A DNA stretch of 60,762 nt, counting the filler, from Candidatus Woesearchaeota archaeon (GTDB taxonomy: Archaea; Nanobdellota; Nanobdellia; Woesearchaeales; GCA-2685855): assembly GCA_002685855.1 (NCBI GenBank). It is 4 parts of 4 records of this genome, joined end to end, with 100 filler letters (N's around TTAATTAATTAA, not from the genome) between each part and the next. Parts side by side here need not be neighbours in the genome. Positions count along the whole stretch, not along the records: positions 41,918 to 60,762 come from NYYS01000010.1; 3 more parts are not named here. One strand, given 5' to 3'. The notes under the pieces were generated by a model. The model was given only the letters and a program-made list of their open reading frames with translations, ran no database searches and was not told the origin of the DNA. A program made the position numbers and the translations under genes. Position 1 is the first letter of the stretch. Each line of letters starts with the position of its first letter. Shown one piece after another: positions 47,879 through 57,835 of the stretch.

Positions 47879-48838
47879 ATGATAATGACGGATTCCTATG
47901 ATTTAATCATTGTTGGAGGCGGCTGCGTCGGGTTTGCAGCAGCTATGTATGCAGGGAGAATGCAGTTAAGAACTGCGATCTTTGCAGAACAGCGTGGAGG
48001 CACCATTATCCTCACAGATGTTGTAGAGAACTATCCGGGTTTTAAGAAGTTGACAGGTACAGAGCTTGCTGAGAAGATCATTGAGCATGCTAAAGAGTAT
48101 GACATTGAGATCTTTGATGAGAAGGTTGCAAGTGTTGAAAAAGTAGGAAATTGCTATCGGGTGTCCTCAAGAAATCAAAGTCTTATTGCAAAAACCGTCC
48201 TGTTTGCCACAGGAACGATCTGGAGGAAGTTAGGCGTCCCGGGAGAGGAGGAGTATGCAAATAAAGGCGTGCATTATTGTGCTTTATGTGATGGTGCATT
48301 CTATAAAGACAAGGTTGTGGGTGTTGTTGGGGGAAGTGATTCTGCTGCTAAAGAGGCTCTCCTTCTGACCCAATGGGCTAAAAAAGTCTATATTATCTAC
48401 CGAAAAGAAAATATCCGTGCTGAACCAATCAATACAAAACGGGTTGCTGAAAATAAAAAGATTGAGATTATACCCAACACTAACGTTGTTGAAATAAAAG
48501 GGGGAAAATTTATGAACAGGGCTATTCTTGATAAGCCCTATAACGGCTCTACAGAGTTTTCTCTTGATGCCTTGTTTATTGAGATAGGCCACATTGCTTT
48601 AAGCGACCTTGCAAAAAATCTTGGGGTTGCCTGCAATCAGAAAGGAGAAATCGTTACAAACAGGGCGGCTGAAACAAATCTGCCAGGAATCTATGCAGCA
48701 GGAGATGTGGGAGATGCTCCTTTCAAACAGGCAATTACCGGCGTGGGCGAAGGTGTTGCAGCAGTATTTAGTGCATTTGAATATGTTAACAACAACACAT
48801 TTGATTGCCCAAAGGATGAAAAGGAGGAACAAGAATGA
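47879..48838 (+). CDS. trxB: Thioredoxin reductase
   Basis: YDLIIVGGG, VENYPG, GVHYCALCDG, VVGGSDSA, GIYAAGD. Confidence 0.92.
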   Translation: MIMTDSYDLIIVGGGCVGFAAAMYAGRMQLRTAIFAEQRGGTIILTDVVENYPGFKKLTGTELAEKIIEHAKEYDIEIFDEKVASVEKVGNCYRVSSRNQSLIAKTVLFATGTIWRKLGVPGEEEYANKGVHYCALCDGAFYKDKVVGVVGGSDSAAKEALLLTQWAKKVYIIYRKENIRAEPINTKRVAENKKIEIIPNTNVVEIKGGKFMNRAILDKPYNGSTEFSLDALFIEIGHIALSDLAKNLGVACNQKGEIVTNRAAETNLPGIYAAGDVGDAPFKQAITGVGEGVAAVFSAFEYVNNNTFDCPKDEKEEQE

Positions 48839-49671
48839 ATCATAAGATAACATTTATTCTTTTGCTTCTGATAAGCAGCTTTTTCCTTATTGGTTGTACA
48901 CAGCCTGACCAAAAAGAGGTAACACCTGAACCAACTCCTAATTCACATATACTTCGTGGACACACCTATCTTTCAGAAATCACATTCACACCATTTTCAA
49001 CAGTGGGAAACCAAGGTCAGCTCTATATGACTTTAAAAGATCCTAAAGGAAATCCTATTCAGGGATTTGTTGAAGGTGACAATCGTAATTTTGAAATATT
49101 CATCTTTAGCATGGACCTTTCCTATTTTTTTCATATTGGAATTGATGATTTTTCAGGTATTGGAGAGGAGGATTTGAAAAAAACCTTTTTTAGAATGGGT
49201 GTTGAATTTCCTAAAGATGGAAAGTACAAAATATATCTCGACCACACAAACAATTCAGACAGAATTATTGAACAGTTTGATGTAGATTCAGGAGGATTAA
49301 ATATTCCTCAGGATGGAACTCCCCAGAAGAATTTTTCTGTTGAACAGAACATTGATGGTTATACCGTACTTCTTAAGAAGGCCCCTGTTCTGAAAAGTGG
49401 AACGCCCCTTACTCTAACATTTGATATTGAAAAAGAGGGAGTCAAAGTAACAGATCTTGGATCTTTACGAGGGGAAAAGATCTTTGTAACAGTTGTTGAT
49501 GAAGAGGTTGGGAGTTTTGGACGTGCAACAAAACAACTAGAAATCAACTCATTCACTCATACATTTCCTGCACCAGGAGATTATAAGATATTTGTTGAAT
49601 TCAGACACCAGGGAGCTACAAAAACAGTCTCCTTTTGGGTGAATGTGGAGTCTTTGATTACGATTAATTAG
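48835..49671 (+). CDS. Putative lipoprotein with two Ig-like domains
   Basis: LIGC lipobox; duplicated motif FPKDGKYKIY / FPAPGDYKIF; ATGA overlap with trxB. Confidence 0.75.
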   Translation: MNHKITFILLLLISSFFLIGCTQPDQKEVTPEPTPNSHILRGHTYLSEITFTPFSTVGNQGQLYMTLKDPKGNPIQGFVEGDNRNFEIFIFSMDLSYFFHIGIDDFSGIGEEDLKKTFFRMGVEFPKDGKYKIYLDHTNNSDRIIEQFDVDSGGLNIPQDGTPQKNFSVEQNIDGYTVLLKKAPVLKSGTPLTLTFDIEKEGVKVTDLGSLRGEKIFVTVVDEEVGSFGRATKQLEINSFTHTFPAPGDYKIFVEFRHQGATKTVSFWVNVESLITIN

Positions 49672-49682
49672 AGCAGCAGACT

Positions 49683-50663
49683 TCAGGACTTCACTTTTTT
49701 TACGAGTTTTTCTACTGTCTTTACAATATTGATTGCTTTTAATCCTGATTCAGCCAAGAGTTCTCCTCCCGATCCGGATTGGCCAAATCCCTTCATACCT
49801 ATACGGATCAGAGGCACAGGATGTTGTTCAGAAAGGACCTCCCCCACTGCACTCCCCAAGCCACCATTAATCTGATGTTCTTCTGCTGTTACAATACAGC
49901 CTGTTTTTTTAACAGAGTTTACAAGGGCAGCACTATCTAAGGGTTGAAGCGTGTGAACATTGATTACTTCTGCAGATATACCTTGTTTTTCTAATTCCTG
50001 AGCTGCAAGAACAGCTTCATAGACCAGTACGCCACAGGCTGCAATAGTGACATCGGTTCCCTCAACAAAGATTTCTGCTTTTCCTAGTTCAAAAGGTGTT
50101 TCTTTTGTTGTCAGAGTAGGTACTTTCAGTCTTCCTCCTCTGAGATAGCAGGGCCCTTCTTTTTGTGCAATTGCAAGAGTGGCTTTTCGCGCTTCTTCTG
50201 CATCAGAAGGTATCACAACGATAAGACCTGGAAGCGATCTTGTAAGTGCAAGATCTACCAGCATCTGGTGGGTTGCTCCATCTTCGCCAACAGTTACTCC
50301 TGCGTGTCCACCGTAGACTTTTACATTCGCATCTGACATAACAACACTTACTCTAAGCTGATCAAAGTTTCTTCCAGGATTAAATGCCGCAAAGCTGTTT
50401 ACAAAAGGGATCTTTCCTGTAAAACTTAATCCTGCTGCAACCCCCATCATGTTCTGTTCTGCCACGCCAAGTAAAAAGAAGCGGTCTGGATACTTTTTTT
50501 GAAAGGCATCGACTTTACAGCTTTCTGTGAGATCTGCACTCAGGACAACCACCTGTTTGTTTTTTCCTGCTTCAATAACTCCTCTTCCATAGCCTGATCG
50601 TGTTGCATCAGAGGGGAGTCCTTCTAGAGACTCTGCTAGTTTAAGTAAGGGATTTAGTTTCAT
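49683..50663 (-). CDS. tkt: Transketolase, C-terminal subunit
   Basis: GVAEQNM, GEDGATHQ, TAEEHQINGGLG. Confidence 0.93.
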   Translation of the reverse strand: MKLNPLLKLAESLEGLPSDATRSGYGRGVIEAGKNKQVVVLSADLTESCKVDAFQKKYPDRFFLLGVAEQNMMGVAAGLSFTGKIPFVNSFAAFNPGRNFDQLRVSVVMSDANVKVYGGHAGVTVGEDGATHQMLVDLALTRSLPGLIVVIPSDAEEARKATLAIAQKEGPCYLRGGRLKVPTLTTKETPFELGKAEIFVEGTDVTIAACGVLVYEAVLAAQELEKQGISAEVINVHTLQPLDSAALVNSVKKTGCIVTAEEHQINGGLGSAVGEVLSEQHPVPLIRIGMKGFGQSGSGGELLAESGLKAINIVKTVEKLVKKVKS

Positions 50664-51508
50664 TTTTTTAAACCTTCTTCGATCTTTGTAAGTTCATTGA
50701 GGGCTTCTTTGGCTTGTTCTGGATTCGGGGCTCGTCCGTGCCAACTTGCATCATGTTCCATAAAGCTCACCCCTTTTCCAGGAACAGTGTTTGCAATAAT
50801 TGCTACAGGCCCTTTAGATTGAAAAGCCTTTGTTAGTCCTTCCACTATTTCCTCCATCTTATTTCCGTCAATTTCGAGGGTGTTCCAGCCAAATGAATCA
50901 TATTTCTCTTTAAGTGATCCTAATGCAACACTGTCCTCAGTATTTCCACCAATCTGTATATAGTTTCGATCGATTATGTTGATAATATCCAGCTTTTGAT
51001 GTGCTATGAAGAGTGCAGCTTCCCAGACCTGTCCTTCCTGGTGTTCACCATCAGATGTTATGCATACAACTTTGTTCTTTTTTTTATCCAGTCGTAATCC
51101 AAGCGCTATTCCTGCTGCCTGACTAATACCCTGACCAAGAGGTCCTGACGTTGTTTCAATTCCTGGAATACAATTACGTTCAGGATGACCTTGTAATCTG
51201 CTTCCTAATTTTCTGAGTGTTAAGAGTTCCTTTTCAGGGAAAAAACCAGATGAAGAAAGGGTTGCATAGAGAACTGGACAGATGTGTCCACAGCTCAGGA
51301 TAAGATAGTCACGGTCGTCTGCAGTGGGTTTTTTTGGGTTATAATGCAAAAAGGTTCCATAGAGTGCAGTGAAGATATCTGCCATTCCAAGAGACCCTGC
51401 AGTATGTCCACTTTTTGCTTCTGCAAGCATTTGAATGACTGATTTACGGATCATGTTTGCCCGTAGCTCTAACTCCTTAATTGAGGTTTTTTTTTTCATT
51501 ATTCTCAT
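50660..51508 (-). CDS. tkt: Transketolase, N-terminal subunit
   Basis: SGHTAGSL, LSCGH, LQGHP, SGPLGQG, SDGEHQEG, PGKGVSFME, WHG. Confidence 0.94.
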   Translation of the reverse strand: MRIMKKKTSIKELELRANMIRKSVIQMLAEAKSGHTAGSLGMADIFTALYGTFLHYNPKKPTADDRDYLILSCGHICPVLYATLSSSGFFPEKELLTLRKLGSRLQGHPERNCIPGIETTSGPLGQGISQAAGIALGLRLDKKKNKVVCITSDGEHQEGQVWEAALFIAHQKLDIINIIDRNYIQIGGNTEDSVALGSLKEKYDSFGWNTLEIDGNKMEEIVEGLTKAFQSKGPVAIIANTVPGKGVSFMEHDASWHGRAPNPEQAKEALNELTKIEEGLKK

Positions 51509-51542
51509 ATATGTTTTTCTCGATTCTATGTTGTTCTTCTGT

Positions 51543-52223
51543 TTATGGTGGGGTGTTTTCTAGAACAATTCTACTAAGTTCCTTGTATGCCTTTTTAGGA
51601 TCTTCTGCACCACTTATATAACTCCCTGAATTTATCTGAGTTACTCCTGCTTTTACGAGTCTACCAAGGTTTTCATTATTTACTCCGCCATCAAGATGGA
51701 TTATTATCTTTGGATCATGTCTTCTCATCAATTTAATTTTTGCGTATACTTCTGGAATAAATTGTTGATGTTCTTTTCCTGGATAGATTCCCATGAAGAG
51801 CATGTGTTCGAGATGTTCTGCAAAGAAATAGGAGGTCTCGACAGGGGTGTCGGGATTAAAGGCTAAGCAAGGAGTCATACCCTCCTTCTTTATCTGATCA
51901 ATTGTGTGGAGTACAGAAGATCGATCATCATTTGACTCATAATGAAATATGATCATCGAAATTCCTTTTTGTTTGAGTTGAGAGAGATATTCATCAGGAT
52001 TCTGGACCATGAGATGGGCTTCATAGGTGTGTCCCTCCTGGTCAAGCAAGGGTATTTCTTCAATTGGCATAGATTTTGCTCCTACAAACGTTCCATCCAT
52101 GATGTCGAGATGAAGAATACTGCTTACAGGAAGAAGGCGCGTCAGTCTTTCTGTAAATTCATCTCTATCTGTAGCAAAGACTGTAGGAATAATTCGAGGC
52201 TGATTAGAGAATGTAGTACTCAC
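51543..52223 (-). CDS. rpe: Ribulose-phosphate 3-epimerase
   Basis: HLDIMDGTFV, EAHLMV, FHYE, MGIYPG, DGGVN. Confidence 0.92.
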   Translation of the reverse strand: MSTTFSNQPRIIPTVFATDRDEFTERLTRLLPVSSILHLDIMDGTFVGAKSMPIEEIPLLDQEGHTYEAHLMVQNPDEYLSQLKQKGISMIIFHYESNDDRSSVLHTIDQIKKEGMTPCLAFNPDTPVETSYFFAEHLEHMLFMGIYPGKEHQQFIPEVYAKIKLMRRHDPKIIIHLDGGVNNENLGRLVKAGVTQINSGSYISGAEDPKKAYKELSRIVLENTPP

Positions 52224-52678
52224 AGGGCATCCCTTTCAAGCTGCGCTATCTTTTTTATGCGTCGTTTGTGTCTTAGACCATCACTAAATGGTTCTTTTAG
52301 CCAGGCGTCAACAATTTTGAGATTGTTTTTAAGCGGCATCTTTCTACCTTTCAAGGTAAGAATATTTGCGTTGTTATGTTGTCTTGACATCTTTGCACTG
52401 TAGGTATCGTAGGCCATGGCTGCTCGAATACCTTTTACTTTGTTGGCTGCAATCGTCATGCCAATTCCGGTACCACAGATAAGGATTCCCTTTGCTGTTT
52501 TCTTTTCTGCTACCTCTTTTGCGACAAGAGATGCCTGATCTGGATAATCAGATGATTTCTCAGAGGAAGATACACCTTTATCGATGATTGCATGGCCTTT
52601 TTTCTTTAGGTGGGCTATGATTTTTTGCTTGTGGGTGTAGCCGCCATGATCTGAACCGATGTAGACAAGGGTTTTCAT
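52220..52678 (-). CDS. rpiB: Ribose-5-phosphate isomerase B
   Basis: IGSDHGG, DYPD, ICGTGIGM, ANKVKGIRAA, HNNAN, RHKRRI. Confidence 0.95.
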   Translation of the reverse strand: MKTLVYIGSDHGGYTHKQKIIAHLKKKGHAIIDKGVSSSEKSSDYPDQASLVAKEVAEKKTAKGILICGTGIGMTIAANKVKGIRAAMAYDTYSAKMSRQHNNANILTLKGRKMPLKNNLKIVDAWLKEPFSDGLRHKRRIKKIAQLERDAL

Positions 52679-53988
52679 AGGTTTCTTCCCTTGAGTATCT
52701 TTTTGGTTTCTCTTTTGTACAATTCTACATTTGGCTGGTCAAAGGGATTTACATCCAGTAAAAAGGCAAGATAGATCATCTCAATCATCTTAAGCTGAAG
52801 CAAACCTCCAAGATTATAGCTGTCTCTTTTTTCTAGTTCGATCTTGGTATGGGGAAGTTTAAGCTTTTTATAGGTGGTATGAACTCCTTTCTCGATTGCG
52901 TTCATTACATCTGTTACTGTTTTTCCTTGTACATCTTCAACAATATCTGCAAAAATCTTTTCTTTAGGAATTTTAATTTTATCAGCATGGTCATGGAGTG
53001 TGATGAACTGGGTATATTTATCACGGGGTCCTCCAAAGTAGAGCTGTGCCATTGAATGAAGATCTGTAGAACCAATGGAAACGATTGGTGTAATTCCTGT
53101 GTGTACACGTTTTTTCCCGGTTCGGTTGAACTCTTTCCCTACAGATTCACCCATGAGCTGACGATACCATTTGCCAACATGCTCAAGGTTTGGGTTGAAT
53201 AAAAAGAGGTTGAATATGTTTAATCCCTTTCTGTTATGATGGAATTGGATTGCTGCACCTAGTGCTGCAGGATTTTTTGATGTCTTTTTTGAAAGACAAT
53301 CCTGTTGAACATCCCGAGCACCTTTTAGAAGTGCTCTAACATCCACTCCCAGAACTGCTAGTGGAAAAAGGCCAACTGCTGAAAACACAGAGTATCTTCC
53401 ACCCACTAATGGAGGTATTTCTAGTTGAGGACAGTCTAGCTTATCCGCTGCTTGAGATAGCTTGCTTCCTTTTCCTGTGATGAACACAGTATGTGATTTC
53501 CAATTCTTTTGGTTTTTGTGTGTTTTCAGAAGTACTTGAAAGTTTACAAGAGGTTCTGTTGTTCCTCCTGATTTACTGATAATGATAAGAACCACTTTTT
53601 CCTTCTTTTTTTGGTGTTCTTTCATTTTGCTCTGTATTTGTTCTATTGAGAATGGATCTACGGTTTCTGCAAAATAGATCTCCTTTTTGTCCATCACATT
53701 ATGTTCTTTTCCGCGTAATGCTTCCACAATAGCTATTATACCAAGATCACTTCCGCCAATTCCTACTACAACAAGTGCACCTGCCTTTTTGTATTTTTTT
53801 GCAAGCGTTTCCACGGCACGAAGTTGTTTTGTATCATGGGGTAGAGAAAGACTGGCATACGCTGTTTCATACTTTTTTTTCAATGCTTTTTTTACTTTGT
53901 CTATTTCAGGAGATAGCTTTTTAAGAAGTGTCGAGAGGAGTCTCTTTGGTATTCCTGCATGTTCCCAATGGAATTGGTCATGTTTCAT
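52675..53988 (-). CDS. pgi: Glucose-6-phosphate isomerase, bacterial type
   Basis: GIGGSDLG, ISKSGGTTE, VGGRYSV, QLMGESVGK, DLHS, NPFDQPNVELYK. Confidence 0.93.
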   Translation of the reverse strand: MKHDQFHWEHAGIPKRLLSTLLKKLSPEIDKVKKALKKKYETAYASLSLPHDTKQLRAVETLAKKYKKAGALVVVGIGGSDLGIIAIVEALRGKEHNVMDKKEIYFAETVDPFSIEQIQSKMKEHQKKKEKVVLIIISKSGGTTEPLVNFQVLLKTHKNQKNWKSHTVFITGKGSKLSQAADKLDCPQLEIPPLVGGRYSVFSAVGLFPLAVLGVDVRALLKGARDVQQDCLSKKTSKNPAALGAAIQFHHNRKGLNIFNLFLFNPNLEHVGKWYRQLMGESVGKEFNRTGKKRVHTGITPIVSIGSTDLHSMAQLYFGGPRDKYTQFITLHDHADKIKIPKEKIFADIVEDVQGKTVTDVMNAIEKGVHTTYKKLKLPHTKIELEKRDSYNLGGLLQLKMIEMIYLAFLLDVNPFDQPNVELYKRETKKILKGRNL

Positions 53989-54004
53989 TTAAGGTGGTTT
54001 CGCA

Positions 54005-54673
54005 TTATTTTTGCTTCTTCTGATATGCTTCCCAGTCTGCTAAAAACTTCTGTAATCCTGTATCTGTAAGGGGATGTTTAAATAGTTGGTGATAGATCTT
54101 TGTAGGTAGGGTACAGATGTCAGCTCCAACCAGGGCCGCATCTGTTATCTGTCTGGGACTGCGTACACTCGCTACAAGGATCTCTGTTGGGTATCCATAA
54201 TTATCATAGATCTGCCTGATCTCACCTACAACCTCCATTCCTTCACTCGTGATATCATCGAGGCGCCCGATAAAGGGGCTGATATAGGTTGCGCCTGCCT
54301 TTGCAGCAAGCAGAGCCTGGGCAGCAGTAAAGCAGAGTGTAACATTTGTTCCTATCTTCTTTTTGTGAAGTGCGTATACTGCTTTTAGTCCATCTGGAAT
54401 AAGGGGGATTTTGATTATCATGTTCGGGGTAAGCCGTACAAGGCGCAGAGCTTCTTTCATCATTCCTGAAAAGTCAGTACTGACTACCTCCCCATTGATC
54501 ACAGCTCTTTTATTGTGTTTTTGTACAATTTTTGCTATCTTTTTTAGTGTGGGGACAAAGGGTTTTCCCTCTTTTGCAATAAGACTGGGATTTGTTGTAA
54601 CCCCGTCTACCAAGCCTGTTTCTGCGGCAATACGAATATCTTCAATATTTCCTGTATCTAAAAAGAGTTTCAT
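54005..54673 (-). CDS. tal: Transaldolase, short TalC/Fsa family
   Basis: FLDTG, GVTTNPSL, IKIP (Schiff-base Lys), NVTLCF, YISPFIGRLDD, ASVR, HPLTD. Confidence 0.92.
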   Translation of the reverse strand: MKLFLDTGNIEDIRIAAETGLVDGVTTNPSLIAKEGKPFVPTLKKIAKIVQKHNKRAVINGEVVSTDFSGMMKEALRLVRLTPNMIIKIPLIPDGLKAVYALHKKKIGTNVTLCFTAAQALLAAKAGATYISPFIGRLDDITSEGMEVVGEIRQIYDNYGYPTEILVASVRSPRQITDAALVGADICTLPTKIYHQLFKHPLTDTGLQKFLADWEAYQKKQK

Positions 54674-54746
54674 GCATGTTCACCTTTCTCGACAATAATC
54701 TGGACATTTTATATAATTTACGTTTACACGTGTTCATGATTTATAA

Positions 54747-55382
54747 TTAAAACCCTATCCTAAAATACTGTGTAATTCCGTTTAGAATATACTGGACCCC
54801 AAGAGTTAGGATAAGAAGTCCTAAAATCTTTTCCACTGCCTTAATTCCTGAGTTACCTAAGAAGTGTTGGATTGTCTCTGTCCTTCTTAGGATAATATTG
54901 GATAATGCACAGACGAGGATTATTGAGAGTAGAAGAATAGGGATTGCTCCGTCAAAAGTCGCCTCTGCTGTAAGTAAGGTTGTTGTGGCTATTGCTCCTG
55001 GACCAGACATAAGGGGAATTGCAAGAGGAACCAGCGAGATATCTTCCCGCATCTTAAGATCTTTTGCACTTTCAGGATGGAGCTCTTTTTGGAGACGTTG
55101 AGGGTCAAGCATGCGTATTCCCACCATCATAATAATAATTCCTCCACCTATCTGGAGTGCTTCAATACTTACTTTGTATACATTGAAGAGTGTTGTGCCA
55201 AAAAAGACAAAGAGAATAAAAACAAGGGCGGCTGTCAGGGTTGCTCTCTGCGCCATTTTGTGCTTCCACTTCTTTGTATTTCCAGCAGAAAGCATAGTAA
55301 ATACCAGGGTTACAGAGATAGGATTAACTACAGCAAACAGGCTTCCAAAACAGAGTAAAAAAAATGCTATATGCTCGGACAT
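54747..55382 (-). CDS. marC: MarC family membrane protein
   Basis: LFAVVNP, IGGGIII, VPLAIPLMSGPGAI, KILGLLI. Confidence 0.92.
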   Translation of the reverse strand: MSEHIAFFLLCFGSLFAVVNPISVTLVFTMLSAGNTKKWKHKMAQRATLTAALVFILFVFFGTTLFNVYKVSIEALQIGGGIIIMMVGIRMLDPQRLQKELHPESAKDLKMREDISLVPLAIPLMSGPGAIATTTLLTAEATFDGAIPILLLSIILVCALSNIILRRTETIQHFLGNSGIKAVEKILGLLILTLGVQYILNGITQYFRIGF

Positions 55383-55448
55383 AGGCAGAATAGGAAAACA
55401 GATATTTAAATGGTTTGCGGTCGGAAAAGAGGTGAAGGATCTTTGTGT

Positions 55449-56218
55449 TTAGAGCTCCTTTGCCATATCCTGGAGAACCTCGTAGGCTCCTTGTTGGCGT
55501 GCTTCGGGTGTTGGGTGGTTCGGATAGCCCGTCCCACAACAAGGTAGCTCGATCCCCACCGGATTGCATTTCCTGGTGTGGCTATACGTTCACGTGCCTG
55601 GTCAGATCCTGCCTCTGCATGCGGACCCTTAATTCCAGGAGTTACATAGACAAAGTCATCAGGTAGTTCAGGCCGAAGCCCTTCAAGTTCATTTGCTGAA
55701 CAGACAACGCCATCAAGGCCTGCTTCTGCAGCCATCAGTCCACGTTCTAAGACTCGATCAGGTACGGTTCCTGGAATACCTACTTCGTTATTCATTATGT
55801 TTTCATTAATACTTGTCAGAATTGTTACACCAATAACAAGCGGCCGTTTTGAGCGATGGATTTCTGCTCCTTCCTGCGTTCCGTGAACTGCATGCCGCAG
55901 CATCTCACTTCCCCCACCCGTGTGGACAGTAAACATGTATACATTGTTTCTTGCTGCGGCTGTTGCTGCTCCTTCTACCTGTTTGGGAATATCATGATAT
56001 TTTAGATCTAAAAAGAGGTCAAGACCTACTGTCTGAACAAGTTCGATTGTATTATGGCCCAGGGCGGTGAAGGTTGTTATTCCCACCTTTGCTATTCCTG
56101 CATAGCCTTTGAATTCGTCAAGACGGTTAGAAACTTCTTTTCGTGTATACATGCCGTCTAACGGCAACACCAATCGTGTTCGTGCTTCTTTTTCTTTTTC
56201 AGATAGTTTGTGGTTCAT
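55449..56218 (-). CDS. pyrF: Orotidine-5'-phosphate decarboxylase with a 1-nt frameshift near the 3' end
   Basis: DLKYHDIP, VTILTS, DGVVCS, VTPGI, VVGRAI. A plausible C-terminus NHPTPEARQQGAYEVLQDMAKEL* continues in a shifted frame to the TAA at 55451-55449. Confidence 0.88.
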
Positions 56219-57014
56219 AGTCTTCACCTGGTTTGTTCATTATAAGATGTCCTCGTTTATTCATTGTTTCTACAAGTTCTTTTGCAATCTCGGGATAGCC
56301 GATATTTATTATTTTTAATGCTTTGGCTCGTTTTCCGCGATCGAGGAGCATATTTTCAAGTTGTTCAATGTTGCCTCTTAATGCGCGATGAGCCCATGCA
56401 CGTTTGTCTTCCATTCGTTCTTGTAAGGAGTCGTAGAGTTCTGGGGTGATATAGCTTTGTTCACGAAGAATATCCCATGCATGACTATCAAGAGGAACAA
56501 CACTTGACGAAGGGACTCCCCGATTCTCAAGGACCTGAACTCCGTCCTCTCTTCTGTCTACATAGAAGAAGGCTTCGACGATTTCACCGCCTGCCTTTCG
56601 TATGGTTGGAACCCATTTATCTCTGAATGAACTGCCCTCATTGTTGAGATCTGCAACATGGAGCACCCGCTTCCCTTCAAGGGAAGCGTCTACCACCTTC
56701 CCTGAGTTATAGATCATGGCATGGGGTTTTCCCAGAGCATATGCCACAGGAAAGGAGAAGGCCCAGTCTCTTGTTTCACCACCTGTGATGATATCATAAC
56801 CGTCGAGTGTGTGCGAAGAGCTGATTAAAGTGCAAAGGGCTTCGACTGCCTGTGCAAAGTGGTCCCCGTTTCGTGTTACTGCAACGCTTTGGACATAGTA
56901 GGGTCCTACTTCTCCAGATGTATAGGGAAACCAGGTGTTTGTAAACTGGGGCTGGCCATGTGATGCAAGAATGGTGAGATGCTGTTTTTGGAGTTCTCTA
57001 TCAACGCTGTCCAT
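56199..57014 (-). CDS. pyrE: Orotate phosphoribosyltransferase-like protein, divergent
   Basis: FPYTSGEVGPYYV, GGETRD, PRPP loop VLHVADLNNEGSS, YVDR; overlaps pyrF. Confidence 0.72.
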   Translation of the reverse strand: MDSVDRELQKQHLTILASHGQPQFTNTWFPYTSGEVGPYYVQSVAVTRNGDHFAQAVEALCTLISSSHTLDGYDIITGGETRDWAFSFPVAYALGKPHAMIYNSGKVVDASLEGKRVLHVADLNNEGSSFRDKWVPTIRKAGGEIVEAFFYVDRREDGVQVLENRGVPSSSVVPLDSHAWDILREQSYITPELYDSLQERMEDKRAWAHRALRGNIEQLENMLLDRGKRAKALKIINIGYPEIAKELVETMNKRGHLIMNKPGEDYEPQTI

Positions 57015-57027
57015 TTTTTGTGTTCTG

Positions 57028-57765
57028 TTAGTCGTTGTCTACTCTCGGTGCAAGAATAAAACTTAATTGAAGTTGGTTGAGTGATGTGTATTCAAGTTTT
57101 AGCGGGTAATCTTTGCTGAACCTGATGGTGATAGTGTCTGCGAGTTTGGATCCCTGGATGATTTTTTTGAGGTATTCAACAGAGTATTTTGCATTGACTT
57201 TGTCTGCAGTTTTTATGTCTGTTTCCTCTGTCTTCTTGATCTCTACTGAAGCGTTTGTCATGTCACCTGATGAGCTGATCACAAAGGTTTCCGGATCAAC
57301 GATCAGTTTTACTGATTCTCCGACGATGTCTACATCTTCTACTGCTTCGCTGAATACTTTTGAAAGCATCTGGACCTGGACATCAAAGACCAGTTCGGGA
57401 ACTTTTTGTTCTTTTTCTTCATAGTCTATGAGTGGCATGGCAAAGGTTCTCTTTGTTGTGCTTTTGAGTGTGATTACTAATTTACCTTCTTCTAATTCGA
57501 GGGTGAGGGTGTCGTTCGGTTTTACTCTTCGCAGAACTTGTTTAAGGTCGTTGAGGTTTAATGCGATTGTGGTTGTTTCTTTGACATCATATTCCACAAA
57601 GCTGCTGCTGAGGAGTTTGAACATGACCATGGCCACATTTGCCGGATCCATGGCGATCATCTCAATAGCCTCTTTGGTGATATTGAACTTTGCTTCGTTC
57701 ACTAGGTCAGAAATAATTCCTATGCTATCCTTAAAAAGTCGAGTTTCAGCTAAGGTTAGTTTCAT
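57028..57765 (-). CDS. pcn: DNA sliding clamp PCNA
   Basis: AMDPANVAMV, KYSVEYL, DYPLKL, FILAPRV. Confidence 0.96.
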   Translation of the reverse strand: MKLTLAETRLFKDSIGIISDLVNEAKFNITKEAIEMIAMDPANVAMVMFKLLSSSFVEYDVKETTTIALNLNDLKQVLRRVKPNDTLTLELEEGKLVITLKSTTKRTFAMPLIDYEEKEQKVPELVFDVQVQMLSKVFSEAVEDVDIVGESVKLIVDPETFVISSSGDMTNASVEIKKTEETDIKTADKVNAKYSVEYLKKIIQGSKLADTITIRFSKDYPLKLEYTSLNQLQLSFILAPRVDND

Positions 57766-57835
57766 ACGTACACCCCTGAAAGTGGTAATAGCGGTTGCTA
57801 TTTAAGCTTTGCTATCGTTTAAAAATGAATACGGT

